Below, in pieces: positions 24,421 to 38,497 of a stretch of DNA of 64,000 nucleotides (position 1 is the first letter of the stretch; each line of letters opens with the position of its first letter). Both the position numbers and the translations under genes were made by a program. The stretch is taken from assembly GCA_907165135.1 (NCBI GenBank), contig OU015568.1, positions 7,812,001 through 7,876,000 on the forward strand, in the 5' to 3' direction. The notes under the pieces are model-generated. The model had not been told where the DNA came from, searched no databases, and worked only from the letters and a program-made list of their open reading frames with translations. The DNA is from Oikopleura dioica. Lineage: Eukaryota > Animalia > Chordata.

Positions 24421-27400
24421 ATGACGGGAAGAAGAGCCTCTTCTCGCCAGAGAATTAACCAGGAACCAGAGACACCAGAGAAGATTCGGGATTATGATGA
24501 CGAGGTTGAGGAAGGTGACGAGGATGCTCTGCCGGAAAAACGCCTTAGAACTTCTACCAGATCGAATCAGTTTGATTACAGCGGTACCACGATTGTCAGG
24601 GCTCGGAGGAAGAAGAAGGCAGTTGTTAGGGATGCAACAACTGGCAAATTTATATCGGAGAAACCTTTAGGTAAGATCCCATTTTGTCAAAACAACCTGA
24701 TGAGGGGAATGTCTGAGCGCGACTGTCAATAATACATCCTTATGTAATGTTGATTTGAAATGCTGTTTTGAGTCTCGTAGACTGCTTTGAACGCTAACAG
24801 TCAGTCAACAGTCTGACACAATCATTTAAGCTAAGAAAACATGTTCAAAAACAGACTGTCAGTCCTTTTTTCTCAGGTTCTGAAGGCGGCACATTTCCGC
24901 TCAACCAGTCACTCATTTCGGATTACGACGAGACCGTCGAGAATGACGACTCTTCGACCGTGAAGATAGAAAAGGACAGCGATAATGAAGAAGGGAAAGA
25001 ATCTTCGCAAGAAAAAGATGCTGAGGCTGCTGGCTCAGGTTCAGACGATGAAAGCGAGGCAATCGCGAAAGCACTTGGGCTTCGCAAAATTATGCCGAGA
25101 AATGATCCACCAAGCTCGCCATCTTCATCGCCAAAGCAATTTCAACCCACCTCAAATTTGACAGAACGAGAAGCTGTTATCTACGTCCCAACACCCGTGA
25201 CAAAAGAAACGGAGATCACACTCTCTGCCACTGCCTCAAAGATCGAACCGAAAAGTCCAGCTAAAGGGTCCTCGAAACGAAAGCGGAAGAAGGTTTCTGA
25301 AAAGGAACACACTTGTCCCGAAGGATACGTTACTTGCAAGCTCTGCTATGATTTTTTCCCGTCAGAAAAGGACTTGAACGAGCATGAACGGTCCAAACAT
25401 CCAGATGTGTCTAGCTATCAATGTACCATCTGCAATTACTGCTCATTGGAAAAATCTTTAATGACAAGACATATGAAAACGCACAGGTAATTATCCAAAT
25501 GAAAACTCATTTTCTTAAAATATCAAAAAATAGTGGACAGAGGCCATTTAATTGCTCCGTCTGTGGATATGCATTCACGACAAAAGCCAATTGCGAGCGT
25601 CACATTAAAAAGCGCCACGAGCTGACGGATAAGCTCGAAATCGAAAAGCATGTCCAATACGACTTTTCCGTCCAAAAGGCAAACGATTGCGAACAGTCTT
25701 GGAAACTAAGTAAGACCCGTTTTTTCATATTGAAATCAACAACGACTTTCTAGCTCAAAAGACGGTATGCATGCACTGTGACGCGAGATTCGATGATTTC
25801 TGGTCGCTGCGAGATCATATGAAGATCCATGACAAGCGATCCTTCTATTGCTCAACATGCCAAGCTGCGTTTTCTTGCAGAAGCAATTGCATCGCCCATA
25901 TTATGCAAAAACATAACGTCATCGACCGAGAGGTAGCTGCTGAAATGGTCGATTTCGACGAGGATTTGACCAAAGTTCCAAAAGGTGGAAGAGTGAGCTT
26001 CAGAGGAAAAACAGGACTCAAGAGAAAAACAACAAAGCGCCAGGAAAAAGGCGAGAGCGAAGAGGAGCAGGACGCAGAAGAAGAGCAGCCTGAGAAGCCC
26101 ACATTCAAGTTTCCTTACAAATGTGATATTTGCAAATGTGGCTTTCACGACTTCAAACTTGCTCATGATCACATCAAGTATCGCCACTGGAAGGATTTCA
26201 AGGGCTTTCTCAGACAAAATATCCTTTTCAGCGAACATGTCACGAATGAAGAGTTCACTAAAATTTATGATCGAGTGAAGAATCAAAACTCTCTGGACAA
26301 GCACATCGTTGGCCCGTCGCCTGTCTGGTGCCGAGCAGAAGTCAAGAGCTACATCCGAAAAAAACGGCCAAAAGGCAATCACGTGCACATCCTCAAAGAC
26401 TCCTCGCTCCACTCGATTATGCGCAACATTCAAAATCACAAAAACCGCACCATGAGCAAGCTCCCCTATCCAACACCAAAGACTACTTTTGATCTCGCAC
26501 AGCTTCAAAGCAAGAACTTGGCGAATGTAGAATTTGTAGAGCTCCACGATAAGCCTGGGGAGCCACCAAAACAACTAGCAGTTGTGAAGAACATTGTTCA
26601 ACCAAATTTAATCACGACTCAGTCACAAGGAAAGGACTTTTATTTTTACAATACAGATGTTTTTCTAAAGCATCAATAACTTGATATAAAACCTTTTGTA
26701 AAGGATCTACTCCGACTGTCATCTATCAATCTGATGATGTGAGCACTTTACCCAGCACCTCTCAAGCAGGTGTCAAGTCAATTGTCAAGCAAGTGAATAG
26801 AAAGAACCTGTCAATGGGGAACGGGCCTATTCCAACCATCAACGGAATCGATTACTACCAAGATCCTCCTGAGCTACCCAAAGTGCCACAGATTCGACAA
26901 GGCAAGCTCGTCTATAATCTGGCCATCAAGCCCGCACCGTCACCGACCAAGCCAATCGACTTCAAAAAAGCGAACACACTGTTCAAAACACAAGCGATTG
27001 TCCGAGAGGCAAGGGCAAATCAAACTTCAGGTAACTATCGTAGTCATCGTCAATTCATCTGATTGTTTTTGTAGAAAGCTCCACGAAAACGCCCCCGAAG
27101 GTTCAATTTACGGTTAAATCAGGCAACCAAAGCTTCAAACTTACGCAAAAACAGAAGGAAAAGAGAGACAAGCCTGGAGTATTTGTGCCTCTCGATACGA
27201 CCAGTATTCCAATCGCATCAACAACAAAAGTTGATTCTGCGTCAGTCTATGTTCCGACGAATGTTGTGAACTACGAAGAAGTTTATACAGATGAAAGCCC
27301 GCAGAAACAAAAGGGATGGGCTCAAAAGATTTACATTTAGCATTTCACATGCTGCATGTTATTTACATGCTTCTTTCTCGAGTCCAAAAAAGGTTGTCAC

Positions 27401-28128
27401 GACGCCAGCGATATTAAAGACGCTTCCTGTCATCAAATCAAAAAATGATAAACCTTCGGAGCAACCTGTGGAAGTTCTTCCTAGCAACGTCCTCAGCAGC
27501 GATTACGTCGAGGAAATTGGAATGACTTACGATGAACCAGCAGAGCCAAAAACAAAGAATATCAAGCTCAAGAATCTCAGAGCGAACGGGAAAGTTGACG
27601 AAAGACCGTGTCCAAAAGTATGATTGAATCTTTTGCCATGAGAGACTTTTATTTTAAATTCTAGTGCGGGAAAACGTTTCCTTGGGCGTCATCTCTTAGA
27701 CGACACTTGCTTACTCATACTGGCATGAAGCCGTACATGTGTTCTCTTTGCAGATCGCGATTTACTACGAAATCAAATCTCGAACGACATGTCCTGGTAT
27801 GATTTCTTTTCAAGCTTGGTTTTCATGAATTTTACTCTAGCGCCGCCACGGAATATTCGACAGGGAAAGCCAAGCTGCCTGTGTGATCAAACTGAGCAAG
27901 GAAGAGATGCAAGCGATGGCTGCTGAAGAAGAGCAAAATGAAGAAGCAGATGAAAAAGAAGAAAGCATGGAAGGAACGGAAGCGGAAAACACGGTCGAGC
28001 TGATGGAACACGACGGTATGATCGGTGACGGACTCGGGCAAACAGTTCTCGTGCCAGTGACTGAAGAAGAGATCGCTGGTGGAACCTTTCTTGTTCAGCA
28101 CGTCCCTGACCAGCCTGTAGAAAATTGA
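24421..28128 (+). CDS. RREB1: RREB1/Hindsight-like C2H2 zinc-finger transcription factor
   Basis: [30 protein letters not shown] and [42 protein letters not shown] are RREB1/Hnt-type finger pairs. Confidence 0.85.
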
Positions 28129-28272
28129 TAAATTGCAAATAAAACATAACAAGAGAAATGACTATCGTTTTGTTTTTTGAGAGAAATCCAAATTTTATTG
28201 CTAAATAGGCAGTAGATAAATGAATGTGAGGAGTGCATCTATTGTTTCCTAGCGGGCGAGTGAGTTTTTTTC

Positions 28273-29283
<1,011 letters not shown>

Positions 29284-29989
29284 TCATGTCTTTAGTCTAA
29301 AATTTTAAACCCCAGTTATCCATCATTTGGCTCAAAAAATTACGAATACTCTAGGATGCATCTTACCGTGGCGAAAGAAAATCTCTTGTGAGCTAAAAAT
29401 GAAAAAATCGCAAGCGGAAAATAAGATCTAGAGAAGATTTTGCATATTGTCTAGAGACATTTTTACATGTTCTCGAGAGGATTTCTGCACCGCGTGATCG
29501 CTGGAGCTGATTCTCCCGTCTCGTAGACAACTCTATTTTCATTGATAGGAAATTTGAATAGTTATTGATGGAATTCTGTGCCTAATGATGATTTTATGGG
29601 CCAACAGTTTTCAATAAAAGTGTTAAATAGTCTCAAATTTGGTTCTCTTATTACAATTTGAATGATTGAACAGATTTCGAATAAGTAAATGGCGAATTCT
29701 AGAGATATCTCAAAGCACTTCCTTCATATAGAGTACGTAAAGCAAAGAATAAATCAAGTAAAGTCTGTTTCTCTTATTAATTTCTCTCAGCCAATGACTG
29801 TCTTGGAAATTGAAGTAATTCTGACTCAGCCAAAGCTTTCTCTCAGGCAAATGAAAGATAAAATCTGTCTCTGCTATTCTGAAAATGAAGAAATTAATCT
29901 TGCTCAAAAAATATTTTTCACTCGAATCAGCGACCGTTGAAGCGCGCCCCGCGCAGCCCGCAATTTTTGCGCGCCCGCTCGGCTGAGAA

Positions 29990-30027
29990 AAATCCCGCCA
30001 GAATTCGTCTTTGGGAGATTTTCGCGG
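29990..30027. promoter_or_regulatory. E2F-like motifs upstream of PCNA
   Basis: AAATCCCGCCA and TTTTCGCGG in a GC-rich patch about 0.8 kb 5' of the PCNA ATG; PCNA is a classic E2F target. Motif match only. Confidence 0.3.
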
Positions 30028-30394
30028 TAAAAAGGGGGTTATAATTTTTGCCTCTGTTTTATAAATAAATATAAACTGCATCTAACAGATTCTGCAGTTG
30101 AAGATTCAATGATAAGGTAAATAACTGGCGAGCAGAAATCAGTAACTACCGGTCGATAAAATGCAGCTTGTGATAAGATAACGCTCATCTGATAAGCTCT
30201 TCCTTGTATTGCGCACCTAGTGTCTTGATTTATGATCAGCAGGTGTGCGAATTTATGGCGTATAAAACTGCTACTTCGAACTTGAATCCACTACCTTATT
30301 AAAAATAGTAATTGACTTTTTTAAAATGAAACTATTACTGAGATCGGTACAGTTACTCTGGAACGAAAATCAACCCCTCTGAGTTAAGATTTAT

Positions 30395-32064
30395 TTATTC
30401 AATAGTCTCAACGTATTCTACTAATTTCAAGCTTCCAAATGTCTCTGGCTCTTCACAAATCGAAATAAAATTCTTCACGTAATTCTCCGCTGTATTCAGC
30501 TTTTCAAACGTATTTCATATAAAAAAATCTATCTTTGAAAGCTCTCCTGCAACGCGATAGACTTCCAGATCGAAGTGTGTAATCGTAATGCAGAGTTTCT
30601 TCGTACTCTGAAATAGAAAAGTGTACTCGACAACATTATTCCAGCGCGTTCCAGAGCAGTAGACTTCATCGACAGTTATTTCCGGCAAAGTCACATTCAG
30701 CGTTTCCATGTTCATTTGGCCAATGTTTGAGAAGCTTATCGAATTCGCTGAAAGAAAAGGATGAAAAAGACCAAAGCTACAGAAACTTACAAACACCGTT
30801 ATTTGCGTCCATGATCTTCTTATATGTTCCTCCGTCATCTTCCAGTTGGTGAAGGAATTGAGGAAACATCAAGTGCTCGGAGTTATCAATCTTCTCCTTG
30901 ACCTCTTCTATCATTCTTTTGGCAACTTCTAGTAGGGTTTCGGATGCGTCCACTTTTGGTACAGTGCCGCTGAAAAATATGTAGCAGGCAACAGGATTCG
31001 CGGCGAGAAATGGTCGGAGATTGAAAATGACATCGAAATTCAGTTGCTTTGACTTTTCGATCGATCTCTAAGAAAATCCAAATAACTTATTATTTGAAAT
31101 ATGCAAAAAAGAAAAAATTTTACCATGATTCGTGCGTTGATAAAAGCCGTCGCTGCCATCAACAACGACCCCACTGTTATTCCATTTTCTTTACAAAAGA
31201 TCTTCATTTTCTTCGCTCCCTCTTCTGTTCCGCAACCAAGAGTCATTGTTGATTTCAAATCTTGCGGACGACCCTTTTCGATGTTCTCAAACTTTTCATG
31301 AGGAACGACGTTTTGGAAGTTGAGAAGTCGATCGTGAAATTCTTTTTTGTACTTTTTTGCTTTCTCGGGGAAATTGTGAAGGTTTTGGCGAAGGTCGGAA
31401 ATGGGTTTGGGGACGTCTTCGATTCTTCCGTCGATGGTTTCGCAGCCTGTGTAAATGTTGAGATTCTTGTGCTGGTAGAAGAGCAAAAGATCGGTGAGAA
31501 TCTTTTGCATTGATTTTCCATCGCAAAGTGAATGAATTATCAAAACTACAAAATTACGAAAAGTAAACTCTTGCTCGTCTGAAAAAGTACTTGTTAGTTG
31601 AATTCTTTTTCCTTCACCAAAGACGACCAGATGAGAAGGAAAAGATAGCTCATTTAGTCTCTCAAACGTAAACTCATTCGTAACTCGTTGAAAATCATCC
31701 TTGAAGTCTTCTGATTTTCGATACTCTGGTCCCTGCTCAAGCAGCTGGTCGGAATCTGTATGATCAAATTTGACAAAGACTTTATTCTCCCATCGTCCTC
31801 GGAGAAAAGGGTTCAATCTTCGGACATTAAACCAAGCAGAGTTCAGAGCTTTCTTATCCAACGGTTCCTGAAAGAGAATTTTTCAGAGATTTTTGTTGAT
31901 AAGTTTTGCCTTACTTTTAGATTGATGATTGCTGCGAAGGATACAGTAACTCTGTCATTGTTCATAACAGCTTCGATTTCATTTTCTTCTCTCATTCTTC
32001 TTTTGAGTTGAATGATTTGGTAGTTTTTATGAGTGTTACGAGGGCGTGGATTTCCAAGGATCAT
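30395..32064 (-). CDS. Condensation-domain/PapA5-like (HxxxD) acyltransferase
   Basis: IIHSLCDGKS active-site-like motif, CKENGITVGSLLMAA, FNLRPFL, SFSNIG; spliced C-terminus ...YRVAAENYVKNFISICEEP...YVETIE*. Confidence 0.75.
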
Positions 32065-32578
32065 AACAAGAGCTTCTTTGGCGGCTTTGAAGCTGGGGAT
32101 GATTTATGATTTGATTGAAATTTGCTCAAAGTAACGCTAATGGCTCGAGGCGTGTGCACACTTTCGAGATTTTTGTTTGCCTCCGGCGTGTGCCCTGCAA
32201 TGTTGCGCGAAATGTCAAACAATGTCCGAGTAATGTCTTTTTTTATTTGCCCATCACTCGTTTTCGTGCTGCTAGAAAACTTTGCTCAAATTAATCAAAT
32301 TTCTTCTTTTCTAAAAATAACGAACTTGAGCCTGCTCGGAAATGAATGGCGGAAGTCGGAAGGGTACACGACTAAGCAGGGAATTTGCATCACGTGATTT
32401 GCGCGCGATTCGGTTTCCGGTTTACTTTTTTCTGCCTCATTACACAAATTGAAATTTCTAAAACAACGATTTTTCTATGTACGGCGATGAAATTTCAGAT
32501 TTCCAATTTAGAAATCAGAGTCTGATTATCAGGCAATACCGTAACGAACCGCGGTTAACCGCGGTTAAGGTTCGAGAG

Positions 32579-32640
32579 CCTTTGCAGAAAACCTGAGTCA
32601 GGGTTTGAAAAACGACCCTGACTCAGGTTTTCTTCACAGG
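32579..32640. repeat. Short hairpin / minimal MITE (19-bp perfect stem)
   Basis: AGAAAACCTGAGTCAGGGT (32586-32604) pairs with 32615-32633 across a 10-nt loop; same terminal motif as 33129-33297. Confidence 0.7.
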
Positions 32641-33128
32641 TAAAGTCAGAAAGGTGCATTTTTCGCAAGCAATAATCTTTCTTTTACAATGAAGTTTGGT
32701 AGCGGAACCAAAGATAATTACGTTTACCGCCTTAATTTCACAATTGATCAAAAATCAAGCAATAAAGCGCGCGGGCCACTTCCGCCTCGTCCATCAAGAG
32801 CTTCAAAATAACATAAAACCATTTTCGGCAAATAAACACCCGGTGCACTGATGGATGGTTCCTTCATTTACAGTGTAAGTGACAGTCTTAAACTTCTGCT
32901 GGCGACGATGCGCCGCCGGACAGTAGGACAAACTGGAAACCGGAAGAGAGTGAAAATTTCCCCCGCCGCACAAAAGCGAAACCGCCAAACTCTATCAGCT
33001 TTATTACATAACTGATAAAACCGAAGACCTTTGCAATCTCTATTACTGCGAAATTGCCATTTCCGAGTTTTTCTTTTCAAAAATCTAATTCAATATTTTT
33101 GAATTTGACTTTGTTAAATATTAATTTT

Positions 33129-33297
33129 GAAAACCTGAGTCAAATTCTGAAGAACTCATTTATAGCCGCAAAGCTAAGAATTAAAAATAGATTTAAAAGA
33201 TGTGTTGCGAAGTCTCTTTGCGGCTTCGCTCTCAAAAAGCCGCTATGCGGCTTTTAAATTTAGCTCTTCAGAACCTGAATCAGGTTTTCTACACAGG
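33129..33297. mobile_element. Degenerate small MITE related to 32579-32640
   Basis: GAAAACCTGAGTCA ... TGAATCAGGTTTTC inverted ends, inner TTCTGAAGA/TCTTCAGAA and AGCCGC/GCGGCT pairs; both copies end TTTTCTxCACAGG. Confidence 0.55.
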
Positions 33298-33707
33298 TTG
33301 GCGTGAAATAACTTCGGATTATTTTTATTGAAAATTGAGCAGTAAACCTTTTCTTTGAGATATTTCGTTGAGAAAAGATGCTGAAATAAAGATAACTTTT
33401 TATGTATAAAAATTAGTTGTGGTGGAGGGGAGTATTCGAAAAATAAAAGCGGCGGCGCGTGGCGTCGCTCTGCCGCGGCGCTGTGGAGATTTTGCGCCAG
33501 CCTCTCCACTCTCACCTTTTCAGTTTTTTCTCCATTTTTCGTAAGTTCTTATAAAGACTTTTAGTTTTTTCTCATTGATCATCTTCTCTTCTGAAAGACC
33601 CCAAGCTTCCGGGCCTTTTTGAAATCAAGGAAGAGAACGGGGAAGCGTGAGAAATCAGAGATTGAGCGAAGAGGGATGAAGAAGACAGACTCTGGCAGGA
33701 AAAGGTC

Positions 33708-36700
33708 ATGACAGATCTTATGTTGTTTCTTGTTCTTTTGCTTGTTGGATTTGGGAAGGCATCGCTTCAAAATGGTAAGTTGGTCATGAAGCAATTAGGG
33801 TTAGGGTTAGGGTTAGGGTTTTAATCAAGTCTTCGAAAGCTTTTTGGAAGCAATTATTTTCTAAACTAAGTGAAAATTTTTCGTCAAAAAAGCTTTGGTC
33901 TCATTTCGAAAGCCTTGTAAACGGATAGGTTGGAATGCGATGCTCGAAATTGTTTGACAGAGAGAAAGACAGAGTTGAAAGCAGCGCCCGCGACCGCGAC
34001 AACAACTTTCAACTTCTCTCTAAAAATATTTTTCGCGAGAGACACTGTGTCCGACAAAATATAAATATCCTTTGACGCGGTCGTTCTACATCGCTAAAGC
34101 TGGGTAATTATGGCCTTTCGAAAGACTGAAAAACAAATCTTTGATTTTTGAACAAAATTGTCTTCTTTTGGTTTGTTACTTTCGATAGGGCACAGTAAAG
34201 AGGGGTGCGTCTTCAGTGAAGAAAACGATAAGGCACTCAATTCGGGCATTTACAAACAGAGCGTGCGACTGGCCGATTTCCAGTCTATCGACGAAATTAG
34301 ATAGCAACAATCAACGGAAGAAAACAGTCAATGGAAAGATTTTTTGTTCGCTCGAAATCGAAATTTTTTCATTTTCAATTTTCAAATATTATATTTGCAT
34401 GAATAATATTATCCTAAAAGTGGGCTAGAAGGTCTCTTTGTTATGAAAAAAGGAGTAGGTGAGAGCCAGTTCCATTAATTTAGTCTATTTCAGTCAATTT
34501 TTATTCAATATAATCTTTGAAATTCAAAGTTTGAAGCTGGATTTCATCTTCTTCTTTAATTTTAGACTTATTCATCCCTTGCTTTTTCGGGTTTTCCGGA
34601 AAATTTCAACCGGAAGATCAACTTTTTGTCCTTTGAAATCAAATAAGAGAGAATTTTTATATCCATTCCAAGAAAACTCAAAAGCAGCATTATTGGCGGG
34701 CAGCCTAAAGAAGTAACTTTCTCAAGGTCGTGGTCGCAAAAGAATTGTTTTATTTAATCTTGAGCGTTATTGTACGTGAAAGGATTTAAGATATCAAAAG
34801 GGTCCTCGAAATTAGAGCACAATAAAGGACCAAGAGATCAAAATCTTTTCAATCAAAATAAAAAAAATACATTTTGAGTACAAATACGGCGATGAGGCTC
34901 TTAGGGGCGCCTTTTCAAGGGCAAGCAAATTTCAAATGGGAATTTCAAAGGAGGGCTGGCTTCAAAATATTGCTCCTAAGGATATTGTACTGCAAGACAA
35001 GTACAGTAAGGGGTATTGAAAGTTGAGATTAATGCCATTTTAAAGTATTTAATATCAGAAGGGAATGAAATTTACGGCTCAGAGAAGATGGAAGAAATCG
35101 TCTGAGCAAGTTTTTGACGGTAATTATTTTGCGAATCTATGTACTTCCGCCGTTTTTCCGTTTTTTGTTTTGGGCGGCCACGGTGTCGCATAATGCAGAC
35201 TGAAATCGCTTCTTCAAACAATGGGCGCCCGGGGGGGTACTCCAATGGGCTAGACAACTGTCTTCCTCCATCAACTAACCACTCAGAATGCCATTTGCAC
35301 CTTCCGTATTCAAACTGAAGAGATTCTACTTTTATCTTATTCGAAACTGCTTCTATTTGAGCAAATCTGTAAACACTGAATTCAACAGCTTGAAAACCTT
35401 TCTTTTTATGTAGAAATAATTATGGCTTCATTAAAAAAGCGTATAATCAAATTGGGTCGACTTTCGGAAGGCAGCCTTTGATCGATCACGTGGGTGGCAC
35501 ACTTCGCACATATCAGGCAAAAGCACTTCAGAAAGGCAAACCTAATTCGGACATTAGCGAAATATACAATCAAGTGTCAATCAAACCCCTTTTTCGAGCC
35601 TCAATCTCAATAAAACGATCATGCTCTTCGAATTCGAAAGGAAAAGAGGGATCAACAATGCTGCAGGCGCGTCAGACAACTCGCCGCCGATGGGTTGTTA
35701 TTCCGTGAAAGGCGCAGTCGGCCATGTTGTCTGAAGCCGTGTTAGTTGTTTCTTTTGTCGTTTGAAAATAAACTCGAGAAACGGAAGTGCCACTAACGCT
35801 CCTCATTTTTCAGACAAACTCGACACAGCTGCTGCGCAAGATGAGGATGGTGTTTGTACTGTGTTCGGAGATCCACATTACAGGTAAGAAAGTGCTGGTT
35901 TCTTGTCTTACAGACTCTTTTTCGTTTTATGAAATTCAATATTCTCAATAATTCGTTAAAAAATATTATGTCAAGATTACACCACAAGCCGACAATATGT
36001 TTTACGTGCGTAAAAATATGGAATTCGTTATTTGAAAATAAGCATCCCAGCTTGAAAAAGAGGAAAATGAGCATCAAAGAAAGCTTGCTGGAAATTCGAT
36101 GTAACCGTTCAAAATTAACCAGCCTATCCGATAGGGCTCTAGCTGAGAATCTACTTTCAGAACATTCGATGGAAACAGCTATTCCTTTCAAGGCGCATGT
36201 CGGTACATCTTGACAACTGACTGCTCTCCGGACGCTCCTTCTTGTGAAGATGGTTCCTTCTCGGTGATTGTACAAAATGATGCGCGCCTCAGTCCGTACA
36301 GCTGGACTCAGAACGTGACTTTTTCCTTATACAACCAGATCACTGGCTTTTATTCCATCAAGCTTCTCCAGGTATATCATCCTTGAAAGAATAATGACTA
36401 GAATCTGATAACGACCGAATGGTGGCGCTTCTCATAAGAGAGCCGCCAATCAGATTTGCAGGAATGAAATTGACTCTCATTGGTTGATATAAGGGACTAC
36501 GAATTGAAGTAAATGGACTTCCGTTGCTCCTCCCATATTCCGGAAACGGCGTCAACATTTTCGAGCAAAAACACAAACTGCGGCTCACCACACGCGTCGG
36601 TAATTATGCACATAGAATAAATAAACCTCCAAGTACTCCTCTTTTTAGGCATTTCGATTCTTTGGGATGGCCGCTCGATGCTTGAGATCACGGCGAAACC

Positions 36701-37914
36701 GGAACTTAAGAATTCGCTCTTTGGCCTTTGCGGCAATTTTGATGGCGACGCCAGAAACGATTTCAACTCATCCACGGGAAATGTAATGCTCGATTCAAAT
36801 GAATTCGCCCAAAGTTGGAAAATTCCTGGAGAAGGGTTTTGCAGCATTCAGTCTCCTTCAGTAAGAACTCATTCGCCTCTCACTAATTTTCTACACAATT
36901 CTAGCGGCGATCAATTGAATCTTGTCAAGCGCAACCGATCTCCATCCAATTCGCTGCTCACAACGAATGTCAAATCTTCAAAAGTCCATCCTTTCAGAAC
37001 TGTTTTCCCCTTGTTTCTCCTCAATTCTTCCACAGGTGAGATATTCGAAATATATTTGCCAAAAAGGGAAAGCAAAAGGTCGAAAAAAAAAGATGGGCAA
37101 TTAACAAAGGTCGAGTGGCACTTAATCGGCAATGCGTTTGATCCGCGCGAGGACATTTATGGAAGCCAGAATAAATAGAACTTACTTTTCAGATCGTGCT
37201 TGAGCGATGCTTGCGCCAGATCATGTCCAGACAAGGCCAAATGTGGATGCGACTCGATGAGGGCATATGTGTCCGAATGCGCCAAAAAAGGACTGAAGAT
37301 TCATTGGAAGGAGCATCAGTATTGTAACAGTAAGTTCAAATGCGGAGGTTCTTCTGCAATTTATTTTCCATTATTAAGTCCAATGTACCTCGGGGAAGAT
37401 CTACTCCGAATGCGGAACGAGCAAATGCCGTCGTTGCAAGAAATATTGGGCGGATCGTAACGGTCTTGAATCCTGCACTGCCAAAAGATGTCGCCCTGGC
37501 TGTTATTGTCCTGAAGGTATGGAAGGGTTCAGTCTGAGAGGAGCATCGAGAAATATTTGAAACCAAAAAGCTTATTTTTCCCTTTGAATGATTAATCCGT
37601 TTTTCTGTTTTCGGATCTGGTCAATATTGGAGAAGGGAATAAACATGCATAATAAAATATGCAGCTCAAAACCTAACTAACCCTTTTTAGGCAAAATCGA
37701 GTACAAAGGAGTCTGCATTAAGCCCAAGCGATGCCCAAGCCGATACAAATTCCAGGGCGTCATTTTCTTCGACGGGCGCCCGTTCTATCAATTAGACTCG
37801 CGAAAGTCTCAAAATTCTGTGTTTGACCTATCACGGCGAAAATCAAGCTCAAGAAGGAAGAAAAAGCGCAAACGAAAAAAGTCGCGAAAATCAAGACCAG
37901 TTCTCCGAGATTAG
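33708..37914 (+). CDS. BMPER/Crossveinless-2/Kielin-like secreted VWD-C8-TIL protein
   Basis: Signal-peptide exon MTDLMLFLVLLLVGFGKA; GVCTVFGDPHYRTFDG, FQGACRYILTTDC, VIVQNDARLSPYSWTQNV, LFGLCGNFDG, C8 domain, TIL domain ending CIKPKRCP; basic C-tail. Exons between 33776 and 35810 unresolved. Confidence 0.75.
33795..33818 (+). repeat. Interstitial (TTAGGG)4
   Basis: Four perfect TTAGGG units about 20 nt into the first intron of the BMPER-like gene. Confidence 0.9.
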
Positions 37915-38497
37915 ATTCATCTCGTTTTGATTAGATTTTATATTATTTCAATTTATTCAATTATGTTTCTACCTTACTGTACCCCACTGTACCTTACTTC
38001 TTTTTACTTCTCGTACTCCTCATATCTCTGACAGCATCGAAAACCTCGGACACCTCACGAACATAACCAGAAAACCCAAAAAATGACGAAAACAATCGAC
38101 AAAAGAAACTTTATCATGCCTCGTTGTAAAATTTACTGCAATAAATTTTGTACAGAATCAATAAATCAGAATTTGACGATCAAACGGAAAAAATGAAGGA
38201 TGATAAAAGCGCTGGAAAAGGATGAACAATGAGCTTATAATGCGAACAAGATGACAATCAAAAACTATTTAATTTAGCCGAAATATCAAATAAAAAAAAT
38301 TATTTTGAGAATTTGTTTTTCGATCTTCTTCGATGTCAGATTCCTAATAAACGGAAAGCTCCATCCCCGTGTGCTAGAAAAGGCACTGGTTCGGATTCTT
38401 ACACAAGGTTAAATAACATTCTCGCATATAAAGATCGACACTGCGAGGCACAGTTCATACTACAATTGAGTCGCTTGCCGGGATTCATTCTAAAGAC

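Noticed and set aside
25845-26574. 240-aa minus-strand ORF
   Set aside because: Antisense to a long RREB1 exon; no independent motifs.
35793-36275. 160-aa minus and 119-aa plus ORFs
   Set aside because: They span a BMPER-like intron and exon edges; no homology or coding signature.
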